Below, piece after piece: positions 26,102 to 39,680 of a stretch of 64,000 nucleotides of DNA (the first letter of the stretch is position 1; each line of letters opens with the position of its first letter). The stretch lies in assembly GCF_055900595.2 (NCBI RefSeq), contig NZ_CM148325.1, one strand, 5' to 3'. The position numbers were made by a program, and so were the translations under genes. The notes beneath the pieces were generated by a model that was given only the letters and a program-made list of their open reading frames with translations, had not been told where the DNA came from and did no database searches.

Positions 26102-26518
26102 TTAATTTCCGCTCTGTAAAACGTTCATCATGCCTTTGATTTGCCCGCTCAACGCGCTAAGGCTCATCTGGTATTGCAGGCTGTTATCGGCAAACTGAGT
26201 GCGTTCGCGATCCATATCGACGGTATTACCGTCCAGCGAAGGCTGGTCCGGAATACGGTATTGCAGTTCTGCGGTAGGAGGCGTCAGCGCCTGCGCCGGA
26301 ATGTGTTGCGTTGAGGTCATCGTCAGCGCAACCATGCTGGTTTCATCCCGTCCACGCTGCATGACCTTTTTAAGTTCACTGGCAAAATCGATATCGCGTG
26401 CCTGATAACCAGGGGTATCGGCATTGGCGATGTTTGCTGCCAGCACTTCCTGACGCTGGGCGCGCAGATTGAGCGCCTCTTGTTGAAAACGTAAGGCGGC
26501 GTCGAGCTTATCGAGCAT
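26102..26518 (-). CDS. flgB: flagellar proximal rod protein
   Basis: 138 aa. Confidence 0.96.
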   Translation of the reverse strand: MLDKLDAALRFQQEALNLRAQRQEVLAANIANADTPGYQARDIDFASELKKVMQRGRDETSMVALTMTSTQHIPAQALTPPTAELQYRIPDQPSLDGNTVDMDRERTQFADNSLQYQMSLSALSGQIKGMMNVLQSGN

Positions 26519-26672
26519 ATCTCCTCCGCAAGTATCAAAATTCTGCCATCAGCTTAAATGCCTTTACGCGCGCGTTATCGGCGGAATAAACGCAAAATGG
26601 GTCGCTATTTATGCCGTTGATGGTCATTGCGTACAGGTACAATTCACGTTGTAGAAATGGCTGGGAGCGAAA
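26519..26672. promoter_or_regulatory. divergent flgB / flgA class 2 promoter region (FlhDC-dependent, by established knowledge)
   Basis: 154-bp spacer between divergent flgBCDEFGHIJ and flgAMN operons; sites not resolved from sequence. Confidence 0.5.
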
Positions 26673-27332
26673 ATGCTGACAATAAAACGTAGCGTGGCGA
26701 TCATTGCGATACTGTTCAGTCCGTTAAGTACGGCGAGCAATCTCACATCGCAGTTACAAACCTTTTTTAGCGCCCAGCTCGCGGGAGTAAGTGATGAGGT
26801 TCGTGTTTCTATTCGTACATCGCCCCATCTACTTCCGCCGTGCGAGCAACCACTGCTTTCGATAAGCAATAATTCCCGCCTGTGGGGAAATGTGAATGTG
26901 CTGGCACGCTGCGGTAACGACAAACGATATTTGCAAGTCAATGTACAGGCCACAGGAAATTATGTGGTTGCCGCGATGCCCATTGTGCGGGGAGGAAAGC
27001 TGGAAGCTGGCAATGTAAAACTGAAACGCGGCAGGCTGGATACCTTGCCGCCGCGTACTGTGTTGGATATCAATCAACTTATTGATGCCGTTAGCCTGCG
27101 CGATCTATCACCCGAACAACCTATCCAATTAACCCAGTTGCGCCAGGCCTGGCGTGTAAAAGCGGGACAACGCGTCAACGTGATCGCCAGTGGTGATGGG
27201 TTTAGCGCCAACGCTGAAGGTCAGGCGCTGAACAATGCTGCCGTCGCACAGAATGCGCGGGTGCGCATGGTATCGGGACAGGTGGTCAGCGGCGTTGTCG
27301 ATGCAGATGGGAATATTCTTATAAACCTGTAA
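26673..27332 (+). CDS. flgA: flagellar P-ring assembly chaperone
   Basis: 219 aa with signal peptide. Confidence 0.94.
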   Translation: MLTIKRSVAIIAILFSPLSTASNLTSQLQTFFSAQLAGVSDEVRVSIRTSPHLLPPCEQPLLSISNNSRLWGNVNVLARCGNDKRYLQVNVQATGNYVVAAMPIVRGGKLEAGNVKLKRGRLDTLPPRTVLDINQLIDAVSLRDLSPEQPIQLTQLRQAWRVKAGQRVNVIASGDGFSANAEGQALNNAAVAQNARVRMVSGQVVSGVVDADGNILINL

Positions 27333-27337
27333 CCTGT

Positions 27338-27364
27338 TAAAGATTACCCGACCCATGCCGATAA
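27338..27364 (+). promoter_or_regulatory. sigma-28 (FliA) class 3 promoter of flgMN
   Basis: TAAAGATT-N11-GCCGATAA matches the TAAAGTTT-N11-GCCGATAA consensus; about 43 nt upstream of flgM ATG. Confidence 0.75.
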
Positions 27365-27407
27365 ATAAGCAACACATGATAAAAGCGCCCTCAATGAGGA
27401 ATAAACC

Positions 27408-27701
27408 ATGAGTATTGACCGCACTTCACCTCTGAAGCCCGTAAGCACCGTTCAACCGCGTGAAACCACTGACGCGCCGGTAACGAATACCCGGGCGGCA
27501 AAAACAACCGCCGCCACCAGCACCAGTGTGACGTTAAGCGACGCGCAAGCAAAACTAATGCAACCCGGCAGCAGTGATATCAATCTTGAACGTGTCGAAG
27601 CGTTAAAACTGGCGATTCGTAACGGTGAACTAAAAATGGACACCGGCAAAATTGCCGATGCGCTAATCAACGAAGCGCAGCAAGACTTGCAGAGTAACTG
27701 A
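27408..27701 (+). CDS. flgM: anti-sigma-28 factor
   Basis: 97 aa, [24 protein letters not shown]. Confidence 0.96.
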   Translation: MSIDRTSPLKPVSTVQPRETTDAPVTNTRAAKTTAATSTSVTLSDAQAKLMQPGSSDINLERVEALKLAIRNGELKMDTGKIADALINEAQQDLQSN

Positions 27702-27705
27702 TCGT

Positions 27706-28122
27706 ATGACGCGTCTTGCAGAGATCCTCGACCAGATGTCCGCAGTGCTTAACGATCTCAAAACGGTAATGGATCAAGAGCAGCAACATCTCTCAATGGG
27801 GCAGATCAACGGCAGCCAGTTGCAATGGATTACAGAACAAAAAAGCTCACTGCTGGCGACGTTGGATTACCTCGAACAGTTACGCAGAAAAGAACCCAAT
27901 GCAGAAAATAGCGTTGATATTAGTCAACGTTGGCAGGAAATTACGGTGCAAACTCAGCAACTACGTCAAATGAATCAACATAATGGCTGGTTACTGGAAG
28001 GACAGATTGAGCGCAATCAACAGGCGCTGGAAATGTTAAAACCGCATCAGGAACCGACGCTGTACGGGGCGAACGGTCAGACATCAATACCCCATCGCGG
28101 CAGTAAAAAGATTTCGATCTGA
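27706..28122 (+). CDS. flgN: flagellar export chaperone for FlgK/FlgL
   Basis: 138 aa; directly follows flgM. Confidence 0.95.
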   Translation: MTRLAEILDQMSAVLNDLKTVMDQEQQHLSMGQINGSQLQWITEQKSSLLATLDYLEQLRRKEPNAENSVDISQRWQEITVQTQQLRQMNQHNGWLLEGQIERNQQALEMLKPHQEPTLYGANGQTSIPHRGSKKISI

Positions 28123-28132
28123 AGATTATCTC

Positions 28133-28153
28133 CGGCCTGCAGTGCAGGCCGGA
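28133..28153. terminator. hairpin between convergent flgN and murJ (likely bidirectional terminator)
   Basis: Perfect palindrome CCGGCCTGCAGTGCAGGCCGG. Confidence 0.6.
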
Positions 28154-28161
28154 ATGCATTG

Positions 28162-29784
<1,623 letters not shown>

Positions 29785-29806
29785 CTACCGCCAGATGTTA
29801 CAGGGT

Positions 29807-30730
29807 TTATTCACTCATCGCATCGCGCCAGATCTTGTCAACGATACGTTGCGCCAGCACGGCCTGTTCTCCGGCAGTTTGTGGAACTGTCTGATTTTGC
29901 ACGCAATCAATGAAGTGACGCGCACAGCCAACAAATCCACGTTGCTCAAGAGTACTCTGCCAACCTGGAATAGGTTTATGCACCACGCCCTGCCCGCGCT
30001 CCTCACACCATTCGCGCATATCTATAATGTCGATGAGCGCACCGTCAGTCACGGCCTGCACGGCTTCACGCTGACTTCCGGCACGGCGATGCATACAGGT
30101 GGTAATCTGCAAAGGACCGGCCGAAAAATGGTGCTCGGCAAACAGCATTTCGCCCACGTCGTTAGTCAGTAGCATACCGCCATCCAGAGAGGCTTTGCCG
30201 CTCGACAACCACAGCGCGGTATCCACCACATGCAGATAATCATCCAGCAACGTGAAATAAAGGTCGTGTGGCCCGACGCTATTACTACGATGTTTATCCA
30301 TTCTTAGCGAGGCTGCGGTGGCAAGTTGCGTTTTTAACTCACCGTAGAGTGGTGCGAAACGACGGTTAAAACCGACCATCAACGTCAGTTTTTTCCGCGC
30401 CGCCAGTTCAACCAGCCGTTCAGCATCGCGCAGATTTTCTGCCAGCGGTTTATCGACGCAGACATGTACCCCCGCATTGAGTAACGCACTGACCACGTCA
30501 AAGTGGCTGGCGGTGCTGGAATGCACAAAAACAGCGTCACAACAGGCAGCAAGGCTGGATAACGAATCGGCATAAGGAATGCGCCAGCTTTCACAAATTG
30601 GCAGAGCTTTCGCGCGCGTTGGCGACCACGCACCTTGTAACGTCCAGTCAGACGCTGCCGCCAGCACCGGTAACCACGCCTTTTGCGCGATGCCGCCTAA
30701 CCCCACTACGCCGATACGTAATTTTTTCAC
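29807..30730 (-). CDS. yceM: Gfo/Idh/MocA-family oxidoreductase YceM (MviM)
   Basis: Rossmann motif GVVGLGGIAQKA; start assigned to GTG giving (M)KKLRIGVVG (307 aa), just after yceH stop. Confidence 0.85.
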   Translation of the reverse strand: MKKLRIGVVGLGGIAQKAWLPVLAAASDWTLQGAWSPTRAKALPICESWRIPYADSLSSLAACCDAVFVHSSTASHFDVVSALLNAGVHVCVDKPLAENLRDAERLVELAARKKLTLMVGFNRRFAPLYGELKTQLATAASLRMDKHRSNSVGPHDLYFTLLDDYLHVVDTALWLSSGKASLDGGMLLTNDVGEMLFAEHHFSAGPLQITTCMHRRAGSQREAVQAVTDGALIDIIDMREWCEERGQGVVHKPIPGWQSTLEQRGFVGCARHFIDCVQNQTVPQTAGEQAVLAQRIVDKIWRDAMSE

Positions 30731-30731
30731 T

Positions 30732-31974
<1,243 letters not shown>

Positions 31975-32209
31975 TCTATACCTACTCCTTCCCGTAACGT
32001 CTTTAATACGCTGTAAGTATTACTATACCTGCGCAACCAGACCCTGTGAAAAGTCCAGAATGCCATTTTCTGCATTATTCACATATTTGATAAAAACTCT
32101 CTATCAAAGCGACGTTTTGATAAAAAAATATTGTCCCCGAAGTGATGGGAAAAGTCATAGCGGCAATGCAGAATAGAAAGTGCTCATCTTTTATTTCCCG
32201 GGAGGGGAA

Positions 32210-33418
32210 ATGTCCCGCGTGTCGCAGGCGAGGAACCTGGGTAAATATTTCCTGCTCATCGATAATATGCTGGTCGTGCTGGGGTTCTTTGTTGTCTTCC
32301 CGCTGATCTCTATCCGCTTCGTTGATCAAATGGGCTGGGCCGCCGTCATGGTCGGTATTGCCCTCGGCCTACGCCAGTTTATTCAGCAAGGTCTGGGGAT
32401 TTTCGGCGGCGCAATTGCCGACCGCTTTGGTGCCAAACCGATGATTGTCACCGGTATGCTGATGCGTGCCGCCGGATTCGCCACAATGGGTATCGCCCAC
32501 GAACCGTGGCTACTGTGGTTTTCATGCCTGCTTTCGGGACTCGGCGGCACGTTGTTTGATCCTCCGCGTTCGGCGCTGGTGGTGAAACTAATCCGCCCGC
32601 AGCAGCGTGGCCGTTTTTTCTCACTATTAATGATGCAAGACAGCGCTGGTGCTGTCATTGGCGCATTGTTGGGAAGCTGGCTGTTGCAATACGACTTTCG
32701 CCTGGTCTGTGCCACAGGAGCCGTTTTGTTTGTGCTGTGTGCTGCGTTTAATGCCTGGTTGTTACCGGCATGGAAACTCTCCACCGTACGCACGCCCGTT
32801 CGCGAAGGCATGACCCGCGTGATGCGCGACAAGCGTTTTGTCACCTATGTCCTGACGCTGGCGGGTTACTACATGCTGGCTGTACAAGTGATGCTGATGC
32901 TGCCAATTATGGTCAACGACGTCGCGGGCGCGCCGTCTGCCGTTAAATGGATGTATGCCATTGAGGCGTGTCTGTCGTTAACGTTGCTCTACCCTATCGC
33001 CCGCTGGAGTGAAAAACATTTTCGTCTGGAACACCGATTGATGGCTGGGCTATTAATAATGTCATTAAGCATGATGCCAGTGGGTATGGTCAGCGGCCTG
33101 CAACAACTTTTCACTCTGATTTGTCTGTTTTATATCGGGTCGATCATTGCTGAGCCTGCGCGTGAAACCTTAAGTGCTTCGCTGGCAGATGCAAGAGCAC
33201 GCGGCAGCTATATGGGGTTTAGCCGTCTGGGTCTGGCGATTGGCGGCGCGATTGGTTATATCGGTGGTGGCTGGCTATTTGACTTGGGTAAATCAGCGCA
33301 CCAACCAGAGCTTCCGTGGATGATGCTGGGCATTATTGGCATCTTCACTTTCCTTGCGCTGGGTTGGCAGTTTAGCCAGAAACGCACCGCGCGTCGTTTG
33401 CTGGAACGCGACGCCTGA
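32210..33418 (+). CDS. mdtH: MFS multidrug efflux transporter MdtH
   Basis: ORF track trimmed to [21 protein letters not shown] (402 aa). Confidence 0.93.
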   Translation: MSRVSQARNLGKYFLLIDNMLVVLGFFVVFPLISIRFVDQMGWAAVMVGIALGLRQFIQQGLGIFGGAIADRFGAKPMIVTGMLMRAAGFATMGIAHEPWLLWFSCLLSGLGGTLFDPPRSALVVKLIRPQQRGRFFSLLMMQDSAGAVIGALLGSWLLQYDFRLVCATGAVLFVLCAAFNAWLLPAWKLSTVRTPVREGMTRVMRDKRFVTYVLTLAGYYMLAVQVMLMLPIMVNDVAGAPSAVKWMYAIEACLSLTLLYPIARWSEKHFRLEHRLMAGLLIMSLSMMPVGMVSGLQQLFTLICLFYIGSIIAEPARETLSASLADARARGSYMGFSRLGLAIGGAIGYIGGGWLFDLGKSAHQPELPWMMLGIIGIFTFLALGWQFSQKRTARRLLERDA

Positions 33419-33481
33419 TTTGATACTCCCCCCTGACTCCTCCATACTGAAAGTGAACTGACAGCCAAATGGAGGAGTCAC

Positions 33482-34129
33482 GTGAAGCTATACATTTACG
33501 ATCACTGCCCTTACTGCCTCAAAGCCCGCATGATTTTCGGCCTGAAAAATATCCCCGTCGAATTACATGTTCTGCTCAATGACGACGCAGAAACACCCAC
33601 CCGGATGGTCGGTCAAAAACAGGTTCCCATTCTGCAAAAAGATGACAGCCGCTATATGCCAGAAAGCATGGACATCGTTCACTATGTCGATAAACTCGAC
33701 GGCAAACCGTTACTGACCGGCAAACGTTCACCTGCCATTGAAGAATGGCTGCGCAAGGTCAACGGCTACGCCAACAAACTGCTGTTACCGCGTTTTGCCA
33801 AATCGGCATTTGATGAGTTTTCTACTCCCGCCGCACGCAAATATTTTGTCGACAAGAAAGAAGCCAGCGCGGGTAATTTTTCCGACCTGCTGGCCCACTC
33901 TGACGGTCTGATTAAGAATATCAGCGATGATTTTCGTGCGCTGGACAAACTTATCGTCAAACCGAACGCCGTGAATGGCGAACTTTCGGAAGACGATATT
34001 CAGCTATTTCCGCTCCTGCGTAATCTGACGCTGGTAGCCGGAATCAACTGGCCAAGCCGCGTTGCTGATTACCGCGATAATATGGCGAAACAGACACAAA
34101 TCAATTTGTTATCATCAATGGCGATTTAA
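33482..34129 (+). CDS. grxB: glutaredoxin 2
   Basis: 215 aa, CPYC active site at residues 9-12; GTG start codon. Confidence 0.95.
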   Translation: MKLYIYDHCPYCLKARMIFGLKNIPVELHVLLNDDAETPTRMVGQKQVPILQKDDSRYMPESMDIVHYVDKLDGKPLLTGKRSPAIEEWLRKVNGYANKLLLPRFAKSAFDEFSTPAARKYFVDKKEASAGNFSDLLAHSDGLIKNISDDFRALDKLIVKPNAVNGELSEDDIQLFPLLRNLTLVAGINWPSRVADYRDNMAKQTQINLLSSMAI

Positions 34130-34262
34130 TCCTGACCCGCCGCGGCAGCCTGTATTCGCGGGTTGCCGCCGTTTTCAGTTTTTTCTGCTGGCGAGTTTAT
34201 CGCTGGTGACACATGCTGCGTTGTGTCAGGATATTGACGCAGATTTCATGTCGAGGACTACC

Positions 34263-34823
34263 ATGAACAAGTTTTTATTTGCCGCTGTATTGTTCGTCAG
34301 TGGCCTGCTCGTTGGCTGTAATCAACTCACCCAATACACCATCACCGAACAAGAAATTAACCAGTCGCTTGCGAAACATAATAATTTCTCAAAAGATATC
34401 GGTTTACCCGGCGTGGCTGACGCCCATATTGTTCTGACAAACCTGACCAGCCAAATTGGTCGCGAAGAGCCGAATAAGGTTACCCTAACCGGAGACGCCA
34501 ATCTGGACATGAACTCCCTGTTCGGTAGCCAGAAAGCGACCATGAAACTGAAGCTGAAAGCGCTGCCTGTGTTTGATAAAGAAAAAGGCGCGATCTTCCT
34601 GAAAGAGATGGAAGTAGTCGATGCGACGGTACAACCGGAAAAAATGCAAACGGTGATGCAAACGTTGCTTCCCTATTTGAACCAGGCATTACGCAATTAC
34701 TTTAACCAGCAACCTGCTTATGTCCTGCGCGAAGATGGCAGTAAGGGCGAAGCAATGGCGAAGAAACTGGCGAAAGGTATTGAAGTGAAGCCTGGTGAAA
34801 TTGTCATTCCGTTTACTGATTAA
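34263..34823 (+). CDS. yceB: DUF1439 lipoprotein YceB
   Basis: ORF track trimmed to MNKFLFAAVLFVSGLLVGC lipobox start (186 aa). Confidence 0.9.
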   Translation: MNKFLFAAVLFVSGLLVGCNQLTQYTITEQEINQSLAKHNNFSKDIGLPGVADAHIVLTNLTSQIGREEPNKVTLTGDANLDMNSLFGSQKATMKLKLKALPVFDKEKGAIFLKEMEVVDATVQPEKMQTVMQTLLPYLNQALRNYFNQQPAYVLREDGSKGEAMAKKLAKGIEVKPGEIVIPFTD

Positions 34824-34829
34824 TCACGA

Positions 34830-34856
34830 GGGCGCATTTGCGCCCTTTATTTTTCG
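34830..34856 (+). terminator. yceB intrinsic terminator
   Basis: GGGCGCATTTGCGCCC hairpin followed by TTTATTTTT. Confidence 0.7.
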
Positions 34857-34861
34857 TGCAA

Positions 34862-34877
34862 AGGAAAACGTTTCCGC
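34862..34877 (+). promoter_or_regulatory. PurR operator in pyrC promoter
   Basis: AGGAAAACGTTTCCGC resembles the PurR palindrome ACGCAAACGTTTGCGT; located about 50 nt upstream of pyrC ATG. Confidence 0.6.
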
Positions 34878-34928
34878 TTATCCTTTGTGTCCGGCAAAAA
34901 CATCCCTTCAGCCGGAGCATAGAGATTA

Positions 34929-35975
34929 ATGACTGCACCATCCCAGGTATTAAAGATCCGCCGCCCAGACGACTGGCACCTTCACCTCCGCGATGGCGAC
35001 ATGTTAAAAACTGTCGTGCCTTATACCAGCGAAATATATGGGCGGGCTATCGTAATGCCCAATCTGGCTCCGCCCGTGACCACCGTTGAGGCTGCCGTGG
35101 CATATCGCCAGCGTATTCTCGACGCCGTACCTGCCGGGCACGATTTCACCCCGCTGATGACCTGTTATTTAACAGATTCGCTGGACCCTAATGAGCTGGA
35201 ACGTGGATTTAACGAAGGCGTGTTCACCGCTGCAAAACTTTACCCCGCAAACGCAACCACTAACTCCAGCCACGGCGTGACGTCGGTTGATGCAATCATG
35301 CCGGTACTTGAGCGCATGGAAAAAATCGGTATGCCGCTACTGGTGCATGGTGAAGTGACACATGCAGATATCGACATTTTTGATCGTGAGGCGCGCTTTA
35401 TAGAAAGCGTAATGGAACCGCTTCGCCAGCGCCTGACCGCGCTGAAAGTCGTTTTTGAGCACATCACCACCAAAGATGCTGCCGACTATGTCCGTGACGG
35501 AAATGAACGTCTGGCTGCCACCATCACTCCGCAGCATCTGATGTTTAACCGCAACCATATGCTGGTTGGTGGCGTGCGTCCACACCTGTATTGTCTACCC
35601 ATCCTCAAACGCAATATTCACCAACAGGCACTGCGTGAACTGGTCGCCAGCGGTTTTAATCGCGTATTCCTCGGTACGGATTCTGCGCCGCATGCACGTC
35701 ATCGCAAAGAGAGCAGCTGCGGCTGCGCGGGCTGCTTCAACGCCCCAACCGCGCTGGGCAGTTACGCTACCGTCTTTGAAGAGATGAATGCTCTGCAGCA
35801 CTTTGAAGCATTCTGTTCTGTAAACGGCCCACAGTTCTATGGCTTGCCGGTCAACGACACATTCATCGAACTGGTCCGCAAAGAGCAACAGGTTGCTGAA
35901 AGCATCGCATTGACTGATGACACACTGGTGCCATTCCTCGCCGGGGAAACGGTACGCTGGTCCGTTAAACAATAA
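34929..35975 (+). CDS. pyrC: dihydroorotase
   Basis: 348 aa, [26 protein letters not shown]. Confidence 0.97.
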   Translation: MTAPSQVLKIRRPDDWHLHLRDGDMLKTVVPYTSEIYGRAIVMPNLAPPVTTVEAAVAYRQRILDAVPAGHDFTPLMTCYLTDSLDPNELERGFNEGVFTAAKLYPANATTNSSHGVTSVDAIMPVLERMEKIGMPLLVHGEVTHADIDIFDREARFIESVMEPLRQRLTALKVVFEHITTKDAADYVRDGNERLAATITPQHLMFNRNHMLVGGVRPHLYCLPILKRNIHQQALRELVASGFNRVFLGTDSAPHARHRKESSCGCAGCFNAPTALGSYATVFEEMNALQHFEAFCSVNGPQFYGLPVNDTFIELVRKEQQVAESIALTDDTLVPFLAGETVRWSVKQ

Positions 35976-36011
35976 AAATCGTAGCTTCCTGTTGTCATTA
36001 GGTTATTTTAA

Positions 36012-36027
36012 CTGTATAAATAACCAG
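36012..36027 (+). promoter_or_regulatory. LexA (SOS) box of dinI
   Basis: CTGTATAAATAACCAG fits CTGT-N8-ACAG with one deviation; 22 nt upstream of dinI ATG. Confidence 0.8.
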
Positions 36028-36048
36028 TATATTCAACAGGGGGCTATT

Positions 36049-36294
36049 ATGCGAATTGAAGTCACCATAGCGAAAACTTCTCCATTGCCAGCTGGGGCTA
36101 TTGACGCCCTGGCTGGCGAACTTTCCCGCCGTATTCAGTATGCGTTTCCTGATAATGAAGGCCACGTATCGGTACGTTATGCCGCAGCGAATAATTTATC
36201 GGTTATTGGCGCGACAAAAGAAGATAAACAGCGCATTAGCGAAATTCTCCAGGAAACGTGGGAAAGCGCCGATGACTGGTTTGTCAGCGAATAA
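36049..36294 (+). CDS. dinI: DNA damage-inducible protein I (RecA modulator)
   Basis: 81 aa MRIEVTIAKTSPLPAGAIDAL...; ORF track starts far upstream in the pyrC 3' region. Confidence 0.95.
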   Translation: MRIEVTIAKTSPLPAGAIDALAGELSRRIQYAFPDNEGHVSVRYAAANNLSVIGATKEDKQRISEILQETWESADDWFVSE

Positions 36295-36321
36295 TATGCA
36301 GTGATTTTTGTTTTTGCCGGG

Positions 36322-36346
36322 TCGCCCCGGCTTTTTTATTTTACTT
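36322..36346 (+). terminator. dinI intrinsic terminator
   Basis: GCCGGGTCGCCCCGGC hairpin followed by TTTTTTATTTT. Confidence 0.65.
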
Positions 36347-36583
36347 ACGATTTTCGAGTACAAAATTCCTACACTTCCTCAAAATAATTGCACAATATGC
36401 TAAAAAAATATGAATGACATGCTGTTTTATTGTTCATATAAATCTTAAAAGCAAAAATTTATCTGTTCCCCCCTTTAAAAATTCGGTGAATACCCTTACT
36501 TATTGGTATACTGAAGTTGCTTCAGATAAAAACGCATTGAACCTCGAATAACGTTGTCTAGTAACACGAATTAGGGGGCCATG

Positions 36584-36838
36584 ATGGAAAAAAATAATGA
36601 AGTCATTCAGACTCATCCGCTCGTAGGGTGGGACATCAGCACCGTTGATAGCTATGATGCGCTGATGTTGCGTTTGCATTACCAGACCCCAAATAAGTCC
36701 GAGCAGGAAGGGACTGAAGTTGGTCAGACGCTCTGGTTAACCACTGATGTTGCCAGACAATTTATTTCGATATTAGAAGCAGGAATCGCCAAAATTGAAT
36801 CCGGTGATTTCCCGGTAAACGAGTATCGGCGTCATTAA
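36584..36838 (+). CDS. bssS: biofilm regulator BssS
   Basis: 84 aa MEKNNEVIQTHPLVGWDISTVDSYD. Confidence 0.92.
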   Translation: MEKNNEVIQTHPLVGWDISTVDSYDALMLRLHYQTPNKSEQEGTEVGQTLWLTTDVARQFISILEAGIAKIESGDFPVNEYRRH

Positions 36839-36952
36839 CATGACATGACCATCCACCCAAAAGGCACCTCACTGGTGCCTTTACCATTTCTGGGTTGTAT
36901 ATCTGCATTCAGTTAATTACTCTGCTTAAACCATGAGAGCAGAGAGAAAAAA

Positions 36953-38071
36953 ATGAAATACGATCTCATCATTATTGGCAGCGGTTCCGTAGGCGCTGCC
37001 GCCGGGTATTATGCAACCCGTGCCGGTTTAAACGTGCTAATGACCGACGCCCATATGCCACCGCATCAACACGGCAGCCACCACGGCGATACGCGATTAA
37101 TTCGCCATGCTTATGGTGAAGGCGAAAAGTATGTCCCGCTGGTCCTCCGCGCGCAAACGCTGTGGGATGAACTCTCCCGCCACAACGAAGAAGATCCCAT
37201 TTTTGTACGCTCTGGCGTCATTAACCTTGGCCCGGCTGATTCCACATTTCTCGCCAACGTCGCCCACAGCGCCGAACAGTGGCAACTCAACGTTGAAAAG
37301 CTCGATGCGCAAGGGATTATGGCCCGCTGGCCGGAAATACGCGTCCCGGACAACTACATCGGCTTATTTGAGACTGATTCCGGCTTTTTACGCAGCGAAC
37401 TGGCGATTAAAACCTGGATTCAACTGGCGAAGGAAGCGGGTTGTGCGCAGTTGTTCAACTGCCCGGTCACCGCAATTCGTCATGACGATGATGGCGTAAC
37501 TATTGAAACCGCTGACGGTGAGTATCAGGCGAAAAAGGCGATTGTCTGCGCGGGAACATGGGTAAAAGATCTGCTCCCGGAACTGCCTGTCCAGCCCGTA
37601 CGCAAAGTATTTACCTGGTATCAGGCCGATGGTCGCTATAGCGTGAAGAATAAATTCCCGGCGTTTACCGGTGAACTGCCCAATGGCGATCAATATTATG
37701 GTTTTCCGGCAGAAAACGACGCGTTGAAGATTGGCAAACATAACGGAGGCCAGGTTATCCATTCAGCGGATGAACGTGTTCCGTTTGCGGAAGTCGTCAG
37801 CGATGGCTCGGAAGCCTTCCCGTTCTTGCGCAATGTATTGCCGGGTATCGGTTGCTGCCTGTACGGCGCTGCCTGCACCTATGATAATTCGCCTGACGAA
37901 GATTTTATTATCGATACTCTACCCGGCCACGATAATACACTGCTCATTACCGGCCTGAGCGGGCACGGTTTTAAATTTGCGTCAGTTTTAGGGGAAATAG
38001 CTGCCGATTTTGCGCAAGACAAAAAAAGCGATTTTGATTTGACGCCATTCATGCTTTCCCGCTTCCAATAA
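36953..38071 (+). CDS. solA: N-methyl-L-tryptophan oxidase
   Basis: 372 aa, FAD-binding [15 protein letters not shown] motif. Confidence 0.96.
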
Positions 38072-38091
38072 TCATCATTACGGCCTCCAGA

Positions 38092-38232
38092 ATGAGGCCG
38101 TTTTTACAGGAGTATTTAATGCGTCGGCTGTTGCACTATCTCATCAATAATATTCGCGAGCATCTGATGCTTTATCTTTTTCTCTGGGGACTGTTGGCAA
38201 TTATGGACCTGATCTACGTGTTTTATTTTTAG
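38092..38232 (+). CDS. yceO: small membrane protein YceO (46 aa)
   Basis: Not in ORF track. Reads [46 protein letters not shown]; start overlaps the solA terminator hairpin CGGCCTCCAGAATGAGGCCG. Confidence 0.6.
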
Positions 38233-38493
38233 TTTTTCCGCACTGACATAAACTGACAAATATTTAATCTCCCTTTCATTTAGCGTGAAAAATTGAATGA
38301 GATTCTTCCTGCCTCTACAGCACTCACCAGACCTTCCAGATGCTGAACCCACTAAACTTATGAAGATTCTTTCATTATTAATTCAAAATTATTGAAATAA
38401 AAATAAATATCATTCAATTTGTTATTTTTGTGTTGCAATTCATTCTCCGACACGCCATTTTCTTTCTCTCGCAAATTCTTTTTGGATGCACTT

Positions 38494-39060
38494 ATGTCAT
38501 TCACAAATACCCCTGAACGCTATGGTGTTATATCTGCGGCCTTACATTGGCTAAGCGCAATTATTGTCTATGGCATGTTTGCTTTAGGTCTGTGGATGGT
38601 CACGCTCAGCTATTACGATGGCTGGTACCACAAAGCACCCGAATTGCATAAAAGCATCGGCATTTTGTTAATGATGGGGCTGGTTATTCGCGTTCTTTGG
38701 CGTGTCATATCTCCACCGCCGGGTCCGCTGCAAAGTTATTCGCCCATGACTCGTGTTGGCGCAAAGGCTGGACATCTTGCATTGTACCTATTGCTCTTTG
38801 CCATCGGCATCAGCGGCTATCTGATCTCAACTGCCGATGGTAAACCGATCAGCGTTTTTGGCTGGTTTGACGTCCCCGCGACCCTCGCCGACGCTGGCGC
38901 ACAGGCTGACTTTGCCGGTGCCCTGCATTTTTGGCTCGCGTGGAGCGTCGTAGTACTGTCCGTTATGCACGGATTTATGGCCCTGAAGCATCATTTCATC
39001 GATAAAGACGACACTCTGAAGCGCATGCTGGGAAAGTCGTCATCTGACTATGGAGTATAA
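38494..39060 (+). CDS. yceJ: cytochrome b561-family protein YceJ
   Basis: ORF track trimmed to MSFTNTPERYGVISAALHWLSAII (188 aa). Confidence 0.9.
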   Translation: MSFTNTPERYGVISAALHWLSAIIVYGMFALGLWMVTLSYYDGWYHKAPELHKSIGILLMMGLVIRVLWRVISPPPGPLQSYSPMTRVGAKAGHLALYLLLFAIGISGYLISTADGKPISVFGWFDVPATLADAGAQADFAGALHFWLAWSVVVLSVMHGFMALKHHFIDKDDTLKRMLGKSSSDYGV

Positions 39061-39063
39061 AAA

Positions 39064-39639
39064 ATGAAAAAAAGCCTGCTTGGTTTAACCTTCGCTTCCT
39101 TGATGTTCTCTGCCGGTTCAGCGGTTGCCGCCGATTACAAAATTGACAAAGAAGGTCAGCACGCCTTTGTTAACTTCCGCATCCAGCATCTTGGCTATAG
39201 CTGGTTATATGGCACCTTTAAAGATTTCGACGGTACTTTTACCTTTGATGAAAAAAATCCAGCTGCCGATAAAGTGAATGTGACAATTAACACCACCAGC
39301 GTCGATACTAACCACGCCGAACGCGATAAACATCTTCGCAGTGCGGATTTTCTCAATACCGCAAAATATCCACAGGCAACATTCACCTCCACCAGCGTGA
39401 AGAAAGACGGTGACGAACTGGATATTACTGGCGATCTGACGCTGAATGGCGTAACCAAACCCGTCACGCTGGAAGCGAAATTAATTGGTCAAGGCGACGA
39501 CCCGTGGGGTGGTAAACGTGCAGGCTTCGAGGCCGAAGGCAAAATTAAGCTCAAGGACTTCAATATCAAAACAGATTTAGGTCCAGCTTCTCAGGAAGTG
39601 GATCTGATTATTTCAGTGGAAGGCGTACAGCAGAAGTAA
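39064..39639 (+). CDS. yceI: periplasmic polyisoprenoid-binding protein YceI
   Basis: 191 aa with signal peptide; 3 nt after yceJ stop. Confidence 0.93.
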
Positions 39640-39680
39640 GCGTGAAATGTTGCCGGATGACACGCATCCGGCAATGATTT

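Noticed and set aside
38116-38352. 78-aa minus-strand ORF
   Set aside because: Overlaps the better-supported plus-strand yceO and a non-coding spacer; no ribosome-binding site.
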